From Limisphaerales bacterium (GTDB lineage Bacteria > Patescibacteriota > Microgenomatia > UBA1400 > PJMF01): a stretch of 64,000 nucleotides of DNA. The DNA lies in NCBI GenBank assembly GCA_044350895.1, contig JBILGT010000003.1, positions 10,671 to 74,670 of the forward strand. The letters run 5' to 3'. This document shows, piece by piece, positions 37,275 through 47,280 of the stretch. The stretch's first letter is position 1, and each line of letters begins with the position of its first letter. The notes beneath the pieces were generated by a model. That model saw nothing but the letters and a program-made list of their open reading frames with translations. It made no database searches and was not told the origin of the DNA. A program made the translations under genes and the position numbers.

Positions 37275-37889
37275 ATGGTGATATCCAAAGAGCCAATGTA
37301 CGGTCGTAGACACTATGCAAATTCAGCGCCTGCCACGTCTGAGGTAAACTTAGCGACGGAAGAGTATCCGTTTGAATTGAATCAAGAACAAGTGACTGAA
37401 TTAGTAGATGATGTGATTCGAGCAGTTACAGCCAAAATACACAACACAGTTGACGGGAGTCTCCCACCACAGCTAAATTTTGTGTGTGGTCCAGACATTA
37501 AAATTACCTATCAACGAGATAAAACTATGCCTGGTGCTGTGGCATACACAATATACGAGTCAAATCTCAATCAAGTTGGGGAAGCTCCTGAAGCACTCGT
37601 TGTCATTACAAACCATAATGATAAAAGCAACGCACACTTCCAAGTTGAGTCTAGTTCAGGAACATATTACGTCCACTTTTGGACAACTGATACCAAACAA
37701 CTGCAAAAGATAAGTAATGCTGTACAAGCATTTATGTTTGATTCTGTCTCAGGATTGCGTGAAACGCTACAAGGTTTTGGAACAGTAAGCCAGAATACTC
37801 AGGAACTGAGAGAAGAGGAAACGGGAATTCGCGTTTTTGCACAGAATATCTTGAAAAAACTATCGAGTGTATTTAGAGGGAAAAAATAG
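37275..37889 (+). CDS. Hypothetical protein
   Basis: 204-aa ORF; no recognised domain. Confidence 0.7.
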   Translation: MVISKEPMYGRRHYANSAPATSEVNLATEEYPFELNQEQVTELVDDVIRAVTAKIHNTVDGSLPPQLNFVCGPDIKITYQRDKTMPGAVAYTIYESNLNQVGEAPEALVVITNHNDKSNAHFQVESSSGTYYVHFWTTDTKQLQKISNAVQAFMFDSVSGLRETLQGFGTVSQNTQELREEETGIRVFAQNILKKLSSVFRGKK

Positions 37890-39443
37890 TTACTTTCCTT
37901 CACCGCGCGCAAACACACCTTCAATTTCACGCTCAGCACCACCTAGTTCACTAGCAAGTACCGGGGAAAGGCGAAGCTCTTTGACGTATATGTGACCATC
38001 TTCACCCTGAGTTAGTCCGCCAAAGTGCATAAATGAAGAAAAATACATGCCAATTACACTTTTTACTGTATGGATCAGCTCTTTTGGCTTAATCCGATCA
38101 ATCAAAAATGTGGCGTAGGCAGGTACTAATGGTTCTGGAATTTCTGTGATTCGTTTTAAAAATATAACAAATTCTTCAAATTTTTCCTGCATTTCCAATT
38201 CAACTTGTTTGGGAGATTTGCCTTCAACACTCGGAATAAATCTTTTTTGAATATACTCCATCTGTTTGAGCAACTTCGCGATTTCAGCTCGACTTGCATC
38301 ATCAGTAGATAGAGCGTACGCATCCTGGAGCGCTAAATAGGTAGGTTGGAGTTCTTGAGAAAAGTGAAGCAGGGACTCAGTGTGTTTTTGAGATAAGCTA
38401 AAGCGATCCCTAAATAGCTTAACTGTTTCATCATGCATAAAATCTTGAAGATGTTCATTTCCAGTGTGCGAAAGTCTTGTCATATATGCTGCACTAATTT
38501 CTTGTGTAGCAGCTTCCAAATCTTCATAGAGTGGGATAAGGAGTCTGAATGCTTCCTCAACGGAAATCGGTTTTGGAAACTCTATGATGATCTCCTCAGT
38601 TGTGGAGAGATTTTTTAACTCTCTGTTTGCTTCATGCGTCCGTACTTGTTTAATTCGTACGCTTTTATAGCCAATTTTGGTCAAGCTTGCATGTATCAAC
38701 GAGCGAATAGCAGATCCGCATCGTTCCATTAAAATGGTATTTAGCGGTGAAAGTTGTTTAACAAGCTCATATCCTGTTACTTCCACATCTTTTTTCATCT
38801 CAGTAATTTCATCAATATCGAAGTATGCGACGTTAACGTGTAAGTCTGCAGCACTTTGTGTTCCTCGGCCATTACCTCTGTGTAATCGCTTTATAAGCGC
38901 TGTGTATCCAGATAAGTAATAAATTCTCAGACGACTTAAAAGTAACTCAGCAACTGCAAGATTTTTTCCTTCTGCAATAATCTGAACAGCAGTTTCAACA
39001 CCTTGAGCTAATACTTCTGCAGCAGCTTCAGGAGTCAGACGATCGAGCATTTCGCCCCAACGTACTGGGTTATCGTTAAATAAATCAAACAACCAAATAA
39101 TGCAGTGGGCGTTCATTGTGTGGCCATTAGCTTCAATTTTATGGGTAGTATGTGTTGAAGCGGCATCAGTAAGCACAGCTTGACACGAAACATTCTCATC
39201 AAGAAAAATTGTTTTCTTACCGATTTGATCTGAAAAAGTATTGCCCTCAGTGAAAATTTGGTTGAGAAATTCAACCCGTCCTTTAACATCAAACCTAGGT
39301 CTTCCTCCCTCCATAACAAGTTTTGGTGCCTCAGGGTTAACCTGGCCTTCTGTCATGAAAGAACCATAGTTCTTTTCAAGAACTTCTGGCAGTTGGAAAT
39401 GGGTAGATGCGCGGTATGCGGCATTTTCGGCAAGGTTAGGCAT
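37890..39443 (-). CDS. Hypothetical protein (possible degenerate HIT-like motif)
   Basis: 517-aa ORF; GTQSAADLHVNV. Confidence 0.75.
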   Translation of the reverse strand: MPNLAENAAYRASTHFQLPEVLEKNYGSFMTEGQVNPEAPKLVMEGGRPRFDVKGRVEFLNQIFTEGNTFSDQIGKKTIFLDENVSCQAVLTDAASTHTTHKIEANGHTMNAHCIIWLFDLFNDNPVRWGEMLDRLTPEAAAEVLAQGVETAVQIIAEGKNLAVAELLLSRLRIYYLSGYTALIKRLHRGNGRGTQSAADLHVNVAYFDIDEITEMKKDVEVTGYELVKQLSPLNTILMERCGSAIRSLIHASLTKIGYKSVRIKQVRTHEANRELKNLSTTEEIIIEFPKPISVEEAFRLLIPLYEDLEAATQEISAAYMTRLSHTGNEHLQDFMHDETVKLFRDRFSLSQKHTESLLHFSQELQPTYLALQDAYALSTDDASRAEIAKLLKQMEYIQKRFIPSVEGKSPKQVELEMQEKFEEFVIFLKRITEIPEPLVPAYATFLIDRIKPKELIHTVKSVIGMYFSSFMHFGGLTQGEDGHIYVKELRLSPVLASELGGAEREIEGVFARGEGK

Positions 39444-39500
39444 ACTGAATATATAGGAAATTATCCTATAGTAGTATTATACACCTTGTCGTATCAAATA

Positions 39501-40109
39501 TTACTTGAGAGAAATAACACTCCAGTTCATCGGGACGCCTGGTCCTTCAGAACGATATGAGTAGAAGCAGTTTGTATCATGGACAGTACACTGGGGAGAA
39601 ACGGTGATGAGCAGGTCATCCTGAGGAAAGATCGATTCTGCTTGCAAACGATTCTCGCGTTGCAAGTCATAATTAAGAGTTTTTGCTTCATTAGTAGTGT
39701 GGCAACTGGTACAAATTGCCGGTCCAAACCAGACATATAGTGGTCCACTGAGTGTAAAGTGTGTTCGCAGGTGTTTCAGAACTTTTTTTGTAATCTGCTG
39801 CTGCGTGCTGCGTCTTCCTGCATGAATAGCTGCAATCACTCCACGAGGGTGATAGATCAAAATGGGTAAGCAGTCGGCATGTTTAACAGCAAGGGTGAGG
39901 TCGGGGACAGTGGTAATGAGTGCGTCTACATCAGGGTGATGGGTAGTTTGGTTATCAGAAACAATAGCAAAATTGGATTGGTGTACTTGTTCCATGGTTA
40001 CAAAAAATGTGTTTTCCAGATCTGGAAGAGTTTTGAGAGTATCAAAACTCTCATCACGTGTGGTGCTAAACGAGTGAACGCTAGTATGTGGTATACAGTG
40101 TGTAAGCAT
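39501..40109 (-). CDS. pgeF: PgeF/YfiH family (laccase-domain, purine nucleoside phosphorylase-like)
   Basis: QVH, DALIT, HADCLPI, HAG, GPAIC, CT, YSYR. Confidence 0.9.
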   Translation of the reverse strand: MLTHCIPHTSVHSFSTTRDESFDTLKTLPDLENTFFVTMEQVHQSNFAIVSDNQTTHHPDVDALITTVPDLTLAVKHADCLPILIYHPRGVIAAIHAGRRSTQQQITKKVLKHLRTHFTLSGPLYVWFGPAICTSCHTTNEAKTLNYDLQRENRLQAESIFPQDDLLITVSPQCTVHDTNCFYSYRSEGPGVPMNWSVISLK

Positions 40110-40124
40110 GGGCAATAAAAAGAG

Positions 40125-40198
40125 TAGCAGGACTGAGATTCGAACTCAGGACCTTCGGTTTATGAATCCGATGCTCTAACCAACTGAGCTATCCTGCC
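40125..40198 (-). tRNA. tRNA-Met(CAT), probably elongator (Ile2 not excluded)
   Basis: GGCAGGATAGCTCAGTTGGTTAGAGC...TTCATAA...GTTCGAATC...TCCTGCTA cloverleaf; no encoded CCA. Confidence 0.9.
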
Positions 40199-40253
40199 TT
40201 GATGTGCTTTCGGTACAGTATACCTGTGCAACGATGGCAAATTATATCAGGTT

Positions 40254-40283
40254 TTGACGGATTGGTTAAGGATGAGGTATAAT
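40254..40283 (+). promoter_or_regulatory. Sigma70 promoter for the initiator tRNA
   Basis: TTGACG-18-TATAAT. Confidence 0.65.
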
Positions 40284-40337
40284 CAGAATTTCTCAAGACT
40301 TTATCTTGCAAGAGTAAAGCCACGAATTTGAGATTCG

Positions 40338-40406
40338 CGCGGGGTAGTGTACGGTGCACGTGAGGCTCATAATCTCACAGGCCGGGTTCGACTCCCGGCC
40401 CCGCAA
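40338..40406 (+). tRNA. tRNA-fMet(CAT), atypical initiator
   Basis: CGCGGGG acceptor with C1:A72 mismatch, CTCATAA loop, CCGGG-TTCGACT-CCCGG T arm; 69 nt. Confidence 0.88.
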
Positions 40407-40415
40407 CATTAAATA

Positions 40416-40970
40416 TTATTGTAATTTTTTGATTGCTGTTCTTGAGATTTTTAAGTGCCCTTGTAGTAATTTAGGCTTACCTTCTAAAAGTCGTTGTGTA
40501 TTTATCCATTTAGTACCTGAACTGTTTGGTTTAACTAAGAGAGTTGGTTTTTCTGGAAGTATACAGGCATAGCTATAGGTAGTCCAACCAGCTCTATTAG
40601 TGGAAAAATCTACAAATTGCAACATTCCAGCTGCCAATGTGACACCCAATTCTTCCAATACTTCTCGTTCTGCAGCTCGTAGTCCAGCAAAAATCATCTG
40701 CTCCAATGTTAAAATCAAATGAGGGTCTTGTTGCGAACCTTCATCAATAACACCAGTGAAATCACCATTGTCTATTTCTATTTTTCCTCCAGGTAAGGCA
40801 GCTACATATTTATTAATATTTGACCAGCCAGGACGTATAGTAAAAACTACCTCTTGAGTATATTCTTGACCAGTTTTAGGGTTAATGTCTGGAGCAATTA
40901 TAACTGCTCGAGCAATTTGAGTTTTGAGTTCTGCTGAAGTGATTGATTCTTTTGAACGCGACATAGACAT
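40416..40970 (-). CDS. NUDIX hydrolase
   Basis: LPGGKIE...AAEREVLEELG (Nudix box with an insertion). Confidence 0.85.
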   Translation of the reverse strand: MSMSRSKESITSAELKTQIARAVIIAPDINPKTGQEYTQEVVFTIRPGWSNINKYVAALPGGKIEIDNGDFTGVIDEGSQQDPHLILTLEQMIFAGLRAAEREVLEELGVTLAAGMLQFVDFSTNRAGWTTYSYACILPEKPTLLVKPNSSGTKWINTQRLLEGKPKLLQGHLKISRTAIKKLQ

Positions 40971-41030
40971 GAATATAAAGTTGAAAAAACTAATGTCAAT
41001 ATTCTAAAACAACCAAGATATAATCAGGCC

Positions 41031-41492
41031 ATGTCGAGTGATGAATTATTCATGACTGAAGCCATTAAAGAAGCAGAAAGTGCTGTGCAAAGTGGTGACT
41101 TTCCAATTGGTTGTGTTTTGGTTATAAATGGTAAAGTAGTTGCTAGATCACATAATACAGGCTATTCAGACAAAAATAGGTTGGCTCATGCAGAACTAAA
41201 AGTTCTGATGGAATCAAGAGAACTATTAGAACAGCATAAGGGAGAAGCAACTCTATACTCCACATATGAGCCATGCCCTATGTGTTTTGGCGCGCTTATT
41301 CTGATGAAGATCAGTCGAGTTGTTTGTGGAATAGATATTGATCACAGTGGCTGCTTAGACATGAAAGCTCATTTACCTGCTTTTTGGAAGCAATCGAAAT
41401 TTAATTTTCAAATTAAGAGGGGTGTTTTGGAAGAAGAATGCAAAGAAGTTTTCAAAAAAGGGAAAATGGCAAGTGAATATAATTTTGAGTGA
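41031..41492 (+). CDS. Nucleoside/tRNA deaminase (TadA-like CDA family)
   Basis: PIGCV, AHAE, EPCPMC Zn motifs. Confidence 0.88.
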   Translation: MSSDELFMTEAIKEAESAVQSGDFPIGCVLVINGKVVARSHNTGYSDKNRLAHAELKVLMESRELLEQHKGEATLYSTYEPCPMCFGALILMKISRVVCGIDIDHSGCLDMKAHLPAFWKQSKFNFQIKRGVLEEECKEVFKKGKMASEYNFE

Positions 41493-41510
41493 GTGTATAA
41501 CTACTTACCT

Positions 41511-42770
41511 ATGTCCGACCGTTCCATTGATTTGCATAACGATGTGATTGAGCAGTTGCTTGCTTCACCCACCAAAACCTATTTACCACACACAACAACT
41601 GAAAAGTTTGATCTTTCGCAGGATCAAGCAGAAGTTTTTGCAGCCTGTATCGACTGGTTGAACAATCCCACAGGCACTCATTTAAGCATCGGTGGGTACG
41701 CAGGAACGGGTAAAACAACACTTATTGGGGTACTTCGTAAGTATATTGCCAAACATGACCCAAAGAAGCGAATTGCCTTTGCTAGTTTCACCGGGCGCGC
41801 TAGCCAAAACTTAGGCAATAAACTCCTAGAGCAGAACGCTTTTTTTGAAGGAAAAGATACAAACGGTACGATTCACAAGCTTATTTATAACGCGCTTTTG
41901 GATAATGAAGGGCGGATTGTCACTTGGCAGCGCAATGAAAAACTCGAATATGACTTGATTATCGTTGATGAAGCCTCAATGATTACCGAAGATATTTGGG
42001 ATGATTTATGCCGCTACAAAATGCCAATTCTGGCATTTGGGGATCATGGACAGCTGCCGCCAATTGGGAGTAGTTTCAATCTCATGGAAAAACCTGATCT
42101 CCGCCTAGAAAAAATTCACCGTCAGGCAGATGGCAATCCGATTATTCATTTGGCTACGCTCGCGCGAACTGGTGCAGAAATTCCTTTCGAAAACTTTAGC
42201 AGCAAAATTCGCAAAATTTCTCGACAATCTGAAGAAGCAGGAGAGCTCATGGAGCGATTTTTTACGCAGTTCACCAGCGACACCCTGATTTTGTGTGGTA
42301 GTAATAAAACTCGTGTCAATCTTAATCAACAAGTTCGTCATGCCATGGGTTCTGAACAACTCTTGCCACATGTTGGTGACCGAGTGGTGTGTCTTAAAAA
42401 TAACTACGAAAACAAGGACGGCCATATTTATAACGGTATGATTGGCACAATCACTGAGCTCACAGCAGAGGATGAACATTGGTATAAAGCCACTGTAGAT
42501 TTTCCAGATGATGGCAAAGTCTATCGAGGGCGAATCAGTAAACATCAATTTAATAGCCTAAAAGCAGTTGAAAATATACCAGGTTTGCACTTTAGTAAAA
42601 TTGGAGATCGTTTTGATTTTGGTTATGCTTTGACAGTGCACAAAGCACAAGGCTCTCAAGCTAAACGAGCATTAGTATTTGATGAATCATATTTATTCCG
42701 TGAGCATGCCCACCGCTGGTTGTATACCGCTATCACTCGTGCAGAAGAAGAGTTGTATATTCTGCGCTAG
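41511..42770 (+). CDS. SF1B RecD/Dda-like ATP-dependent helicase
   Basis: GYAGTGKT, DEASM, GDHGQLPP, HRQ, YALTVHKAQGS, LYTAITRA. Confidence 0.92.
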   Translation: MSDRSIDLHNDVIEQLLASPTKTYLPHTTTEKFDLSQDQAEVFAACIDWLNNPTGTHLSIGGYAGTGKTTLIGVLRKYIAKHDPKKRIAFASFTGRASQNLGNKLLEQNAFFEGKDTNGTIHKLIYNALLDNEGRIVTWQRNEKLEYDLIIVDEASMITEDIWDDLCRYKMPILAFGDHGQLPPIGSSFNLMEKPDLRLEKIHRQADGNPIIHLATLARTGAEIPFENFSSKIRKISRQSEEAGELMERFFTQFTSDTLILCGSNKTRVNLNQQVRHAMGSEQLLPHVGDRVVCLKNNYENKDGHIYNGMIGTITELTAEDEHWYKATVDFPDDGKVYRGRISKHQFNSLKAVENIPGLHFSKIGDRFDFGYALTVHKAQGSQAKRALVFDESYLFREHAHRWLYTAITRAEEELYILR

Positions 42771-43366
42771 TTAAAAACTGATTCACTAATCCAGTACGAG
42801 TGTCGCATCTGCGCTGTTTCTGGCTCAGTATAACTATAAAATCCATTGGTTCGCATCATTTCTGAGCCTGGTTTGGCAAAAACCAGATGGTACGTTCCAT
42901 TAGTTTCTTGGTAAAAGAGTGTCGTTTCATTCTTTAAAATTACCCTATCACTAGGATTGAGGCGTACTGCCAGATACTGTTGCCAATCATGTTCACTAAC
43001 AATGCTTTCTTGACTGACCATGTTGGCAGAGTAGTAGTAGAGAATTGGAGTTTTGAATGTACAGCGCGGTGCATTTTTTAAAATGAGGCCAGCTGCTAGA
43101 TCAGCCGTTTGTGCGGGGTACGTAAAACTTCCTGGAGCATAAAACTCTCTAAATTGCCAGAATCCCCGTGCATCAATCGCGTTTTCAGTTTTGAGTTTTG
43201 TTATGAATGCAGCAAGTTGTTGTTGACGTATTTGTGGTTGGATGCGCACAGCAATTTTAGGAACAAGTGAAAAAAGAGTGATCACTGGAATAGCGAGAAG
43301 TAGAAAGTAGTAGGGAACTGCAGCAAACTTTTTATTGTATAACTTTTGGAACACCACTAGTATCAT
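42767..43366 (-). CDS. Hypothetical membrane-anchored protein
   Basis: N-terminal TM; start uncertain. Confidence 0.65.
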   Translation of the reverse strand: MILVVFQKLYNKKFAAVPYYFLLLAIPVITLFSLVPKIAVRIQPQIRQQQLAAFITKLKTENAIDARGFWQFREFYAPGSFTYPAQTADLAAGLILKNAPRCTFKTPILYYYSANMVSQESIVSEHDWQQYLAVRLNPSDRVILKNETTLFYQETNGTYHLVFAKPGSEMMRTNGFYSYTEPETAQMRHSYWISESVFN

Positions 43367-43403
43367 AAGTACAACTATACTGCAAATATCTAAGGATATA
43401 CAT

Positions 43404-45071
43404 TTGAAAAAAGACATTTTCTACTGCGTGATACTTATACTTGCTGCAGCAGCCTTAGTTTCTGATTTTTTCATCAATAAGGGGCGGCTGTTAACCTTTG
43501 ATGGGGTTATTCATATTTCCACAATTGGTCAATTTAGCCAGGCGCTTGCAGATGGAGACCATTTGGTGCGGTGGAGTGACAAGTTTGCCAACTATGGATC
43601 GCCACTGCCAATTTTCGCACATCAAGTCACTTCGTATGGGGGTGCGCTTCTCACACTCCTCACCGGTAACGTCTTATTTTCCTATAACTTTTTGTACTTT
43701 TTGGGTGCAGCTCTCTCTGTCATTTTTTTCTACATTTTTCTGCGCCAGTATGTTGCGGGAGAAGCGGCATTTGTAGGTGCTTTTTTGTTTAATTTTGCTC
43801 CCTATAGAATGCTCAATATCTATGCTCGAGCAGCGTTGCCAGAATTTTTCTCGAGTATTTGGCTGCCCATTTCACTTCTAGCTGTGGTTGCTTTTTTTCA
43901 AAAAAAACAGTGGTGGGGTGCACCCTTATTTATACTTTCCATCACGTTTTTAGCTTTGACACATCCGATGATGTTGCTCGTTAACATGGTTATTATTGTG
44001 CCATTTTTTGCGTATACATGGTGGAAGCATACTCAAAAAAAAGTTTATTCATTAATCTTTTTTTCAATTTTTTTGGGAATAAGTTTTGTACTTTCAGCAT
44101 ACTATTTGGTGCCACTACTTATTGAAAGTAAATATATCTACCTAGGCCTGAACGATTCGTACTTTGTCGCTGAGAGCTTTCTCACATTCAAAAACTTCTT
44201 TACTCTCGAGTTGTGGCCATACTTTTATCAAAACCAAACTGGCATGCGTGGGCAGTTCTTCCAACTAGGTAGTATTGAAACTGTAATTATGCTGGCAGGC
44301 ATGGTCTATGCAGTCATGAGATTCTATAAAACCCGGACACTAGATCATATTCATCTCTGGATTGCTGTAGGCATTGTCAGTGTCTTGTTCACTACCAAAG
44401 TTGCGCATATTTTGTACACAAACATTTCATTCCTGGGAAATATGCAGTTTGCATGGAGGTTTTTATCAGCATTTATTTTTGTACCACCGGTACTAATGGC
44501 GCTTTTACTAGATAAAGTTCCACAGAAAAAATTGTTTGTACTCATTATTGTAAGCATGGTCTGTATGCTTCGCTTTCCTCAAATTTATGGCAAAAACTAC
44601 TTTTTGTATCCGCAATCAGAATTTTTCTTTACAAAGTACAACCTCCATAGTGCAAATATGAATTCGATTTGGACGGGAAGAACAGAAGAGTATCCAGTCA
44701 AAGAAACTAAGCCCGAGATTATTGAGGGAGAAGGGGTCATTACAGATGCTCAAGTGCATAACTCCTGGCGGAGCTACCAAATTTCGGCAAATACACCGCT
44801 GCGAATGGTGGACAACACCTTTTATTTTCCTGGTTGGACGGTAGAAATTGATGGAGTTTCAACACCAATTGAGTTTCAGGATCCAGTATTTAGAGGGATT
44901 ATTACTTACAAAATTCCTCAAGGAGACCATACAGTACGTGTATCTTTTAAAGATACAAAAGTAAGAATGCTCAGCACTCTCCTGAGTTTGATGGGGCTTT
45001 TTGGATTGGGCGTAATCACTTGTCTGCTTTACTATCCAAAATCTCGTAAAAAACTACTACAATACCTCTAA
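43404..45071 (+). CDS. GT-C fold membrane glycosyltransferase (YfhO / PTPS-related family)
   Basis: Multi-TM; RW..KFANYGSPL, PYR..IYARAALPE, QFAWRFL, YFPGW; probable TTG start. Confidence 0.8.
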   Translation: MKKDIFYCVILILAAAALVSDFFINKGRLLTFDGVIHISTIGQFSQALADGDHLVRWSDKFANYGSPLPIFAHQVTSYGGALLTLLTGNVLFSYNFLYFLGAALSVIFFYIFLRQYVAGEAAFVGAFLFNFAPYRMLNIYARAALPEFFSSIWLPISLLAVVAFFQKKQWWGAPLFILSITFLALTHPMMLLVNMVIIVPFFAYTWWKHTQKKVYSLIFFSIFLGISFVLSAYYLVPLLIESKYIYLGLNDSYFVAESFLTFKNFFTLELWPYFYQNQTGMRGQFFQLGSIETVIMLAGMVYAVMRFYKTRTLDHIHLWIAVGIVSVLFTTKVAHILYTNISFLGNMQFAWRFLSAFIFVPPVLMALLLDKVPQKKLFVLIIVSMVCMLRFPQIYGKNYFLYPQSEFFFTKYNLHSANMNSIWTGRTEEYPVKETKPEIIEGEGVITDAQVHNSWRSYQISANTPLRMVDNTFYFPGWTVEIDGVSTPIEFQDPVFRGIITYKIPQGDHTVRVSFKDTKVRMLSTLLSLMGLFGLGVITCLLYYPKSRKKLLQYL

Positions 45072-45072
45072 T

Positions 45073-45810
45073 ATGAGCACCACTCGTCTATTTGATAGTC
45101 CACAAGAAAAAGAATACTGGGATATTCATCAGTATCGCTTTGAGTTTTTGGAACAGCACATTCAATCGCTGCAACTTCCGCAAGGTGCATCAGTTCTGGA
45201 TGTGGGGTGCTATCCACCCATCCTTTTCAGCTTTCTCAAACAACAGGGATATACAACTTATGGGATTGCCTCAACCCACGAACAAATGGAGAGTGAAACA
45301 GTAAAAGTGCTCAATATTGAAAAAGAGAAGTTTCCTTGGAAAAATAGTAGTTTCAATCTGGTAGTCTTTACAGAAGTTATTGAACATTTACCGCACAACC
45401 CAGTTATTCCACTCAAGGAAATGTATCGAGTACTTGCACCAGGTGGCGTTTTGATGATTACTACCCCAAATGCAGTAAAACTGCATCACAGACTGAATCT
45501 TCTATCTGGTAAATCAACATCTTTCCCAGTAGAACAACTCATGACTGTACAACCTGATGATGGGTCGCTGTATCACCTCCATAACCGTGAATACACACTT
45601 GATGAACTGGTGGAATTATTGCGATTAGTTGGGTTTGAAATTGCTGCTCAGGAACATGTGTGTTTATACCCACCTACTCGAGAAAAAGTCAAACAAGAAA
45701 GTCCAATCTCGCAAGGCATAAAATGGGCTGGCTACCTAGCACAGCAAACAGTTGATTCTTTCAAAGACTCACTGTATATTTTGGCTCGTAAACCTGAGTT
45801 TTCAAAGTAA
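45073..45810 (+). CDS. Class I SAM-dependent methyltransferase
   Basis: VLDVGC, EVIEHL, RVLAPGG, TTPN, HNREY. Confidence 0.9.
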   Translation: MSTTRLFDSPQEKEYWDIHQYRFEFLEQHIQSLQLPQGASVLDVGCYPPILFSFLKQQGYTTYGIASTHEQMESETVKVLNIEKEKFPWKNSSFNLVVFTEVIEHLPHNPVIPLKEMYRVLAPGGVLMITTPNAVKLHHRLNLLSGKSTSFPVEQLMTVQPDDGSLYHLHNREYTLDELVELLRLVGFEIAAQEHVCLYPPTREKVKQESPISQGIKWAGYLAQQTVDSFKDSLYILARKPEFSK

Positions 45811-46155
45811 AATATCTTGCCAATCTTCCCAAGGGGTTGGTGTCGCAGGTGGTTGTGTGGGTACTACTTCAGTATGATCTACATCTGGTATCTGGATTGC
45901 ATACTCTCCAGGTTTTTGCATGAGTAGTTCATCTCTGACAATTTTTTCTTTTGCTACCGTATTTTGTGAGTCTGTGAGTTTTCCCTCAAGTTGTTGAACT
46001 TCTTGATTGAGTTTTTCAGTATCTTGTTGTAACTTTTGAAGTGTCACAACAGAAGTTTCAGCTGTACCAGCACTTTTTTCAAGCGAAAAATAGAAAATTA
46101 CTGCTATAACAGTGAAAAAAATGACAGTGATTGGATGGAAAAGCAATTTTTGCAT
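45802..46155 (-). CDS. Septum formation initiator (FtsB/DivIC-like)
   Basis: TM plus coiled coil plus EKIVRDELLMQKPGE. Confidence 0.8.
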   Translation of the reverse strand: MQKLLFHPITVIFFTVIAVIFYFSLEKSAGTAETSVVTLQKLQQDTEKLNQEVQQLEGKLTDSQNTVAKEKIVRDELLMQKPGEYAIQIPDVDHTEVVPTQPPATPTPWEDWQDILL

Positions 46156-46273
46156 TGCAGAAAATCCTATCTTATGATATTATAAGTCCTGCAAATTAGT
46201 AAAGACTTACTGAACATTGTACGAGAAATAAGAGTTTTGTACATTGTGTTGCTGTTTAGAAAGCATAAAAGGT

Positions 46274-47149
46274 ATGAATACGTCAGTTACATTACAAGAA
46301 GCACATGCACAATTTGTTGATGCATTAAAGCAGGCCTCCAAGGCTCATGCTACGGTTATTGCGTATAGCAAAGATATTGAGCAATTGATCGATTTTGTGG
46401 CGCGTGAAAAAAATAAACACGCTGCACAAGAAGTTGCTGACAGTGATATTGAAGATTTTAAAGAGTTACTCAAAAAACAGAGATATACCGGAAAATCTAT
46501 TTCCCGAAAAATTAACTCAATCAAAGCTTTTTTCCGTTATTTACAGAACCAGGGCAGTATTGAAAGTAATCCAGCAGATGTCATCAGTCATCCAAAATAT
46601 GACCAGACACCTCCTCGTGTTCTTTCAAAAACAGAGTATCGCGCACTTCGCGACGCTTGCCGTGGAGATGCTCGTATGGCTGCAGTTGTAGAACTGCTCC
46701 TCCAGACAGGTATGCGTATCAGTGAACTCGCTGCTCTCCAAGTGCAAGATCTTGACTTAGATCGCAATGTAATTACGATTCAGCCTCAAGAAGCTCGCGG
46801 TGCACGCCGTGTTCCATTAAATGCAGCAGCAAAACAATCTGTTATGGATTACCTTGCTGTCAGACCACGTGCTCGAGAAAAAACACTTTTCTTAACAAAA
46901 ACTTGTCGTCCATTTTTGGTTCGTAACATTCGTACAGCACTTGACCGCTACTTTAGATTGGCTGGCATCAAAGATGCTAAGGTTAACGACTTACGCCACA
47001 CCTTTATCATTGAACAACTCAAGGCTGGTACACCGTTGGTGTACATCTCTCAATTGGTAGGCCACAAACGCATTACGACAACTGAGAAATATCTTAAATT
47101 GATTGAGGCTCCAGATATGCAGCCTAATATTCAAATTGAAGAGCTGTAA
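46274..47149 (+). CDS. XerC/XerD-like tyrosine recombinase
   Basis: SAM-like N-domain, TGMRISE, DLRHTF, VGH, TTEKY. Confidence 0.9.
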   Translation: MNTSVTLQEAHAQFVDALKQASKAHATVIAYSKDIEQLIDFVAREKNKHAAQEVADSDIEDFKELLKKQRYTGKSISRKINSIKAFFRYLQNQGSIESNPADVISHPKYDQTPPRVLSKTEYRALRDACRGDARMAAVVELLLQTGMRISELAALQVQDLDLDRNVITIQPQEARGARRVPLNAAAKQSVMDYLAVRPRAREKTLFLTKTCRPFLVRNIRTALDRYFRLAGIKDAKVNDLRHTFIIEQLKAGTPLVYISQLVGHKRITTTEKYLKLIEAPDMQPNIQIEEL

Positions 47150-47229
47150 ACGTAACCACTCCTGTAATTGCATATGTTTTTAGAATAGCTCCTTGGCGAG
47201 TTCAGGCTTTAGCGTATAATTGTGTATCT

Positions 47230-47280
47230 ATGATACAGACATCAGCAATCCAATTTTCTTGGTGGCAACTCTCAGAGTAA
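47230..47280 (+). CDS. Trp leader peptide MIQTSAIQFSWWQLSE (TrpL-like)
   Basis: 16-codon ORF with TGG TGG, after TATAAT (47215-47220), upstream of trpS. Confidence 0.75.
   Translation: MIQTSAIQFSWWQLSE

Noticed and set aside
40338-47149. Integrative element from the tRNA to the tyrosine recombinase
   Set aside because: No duplicated tRNA 3' end (att site) found by eye, and the intervening genes look chromosomal
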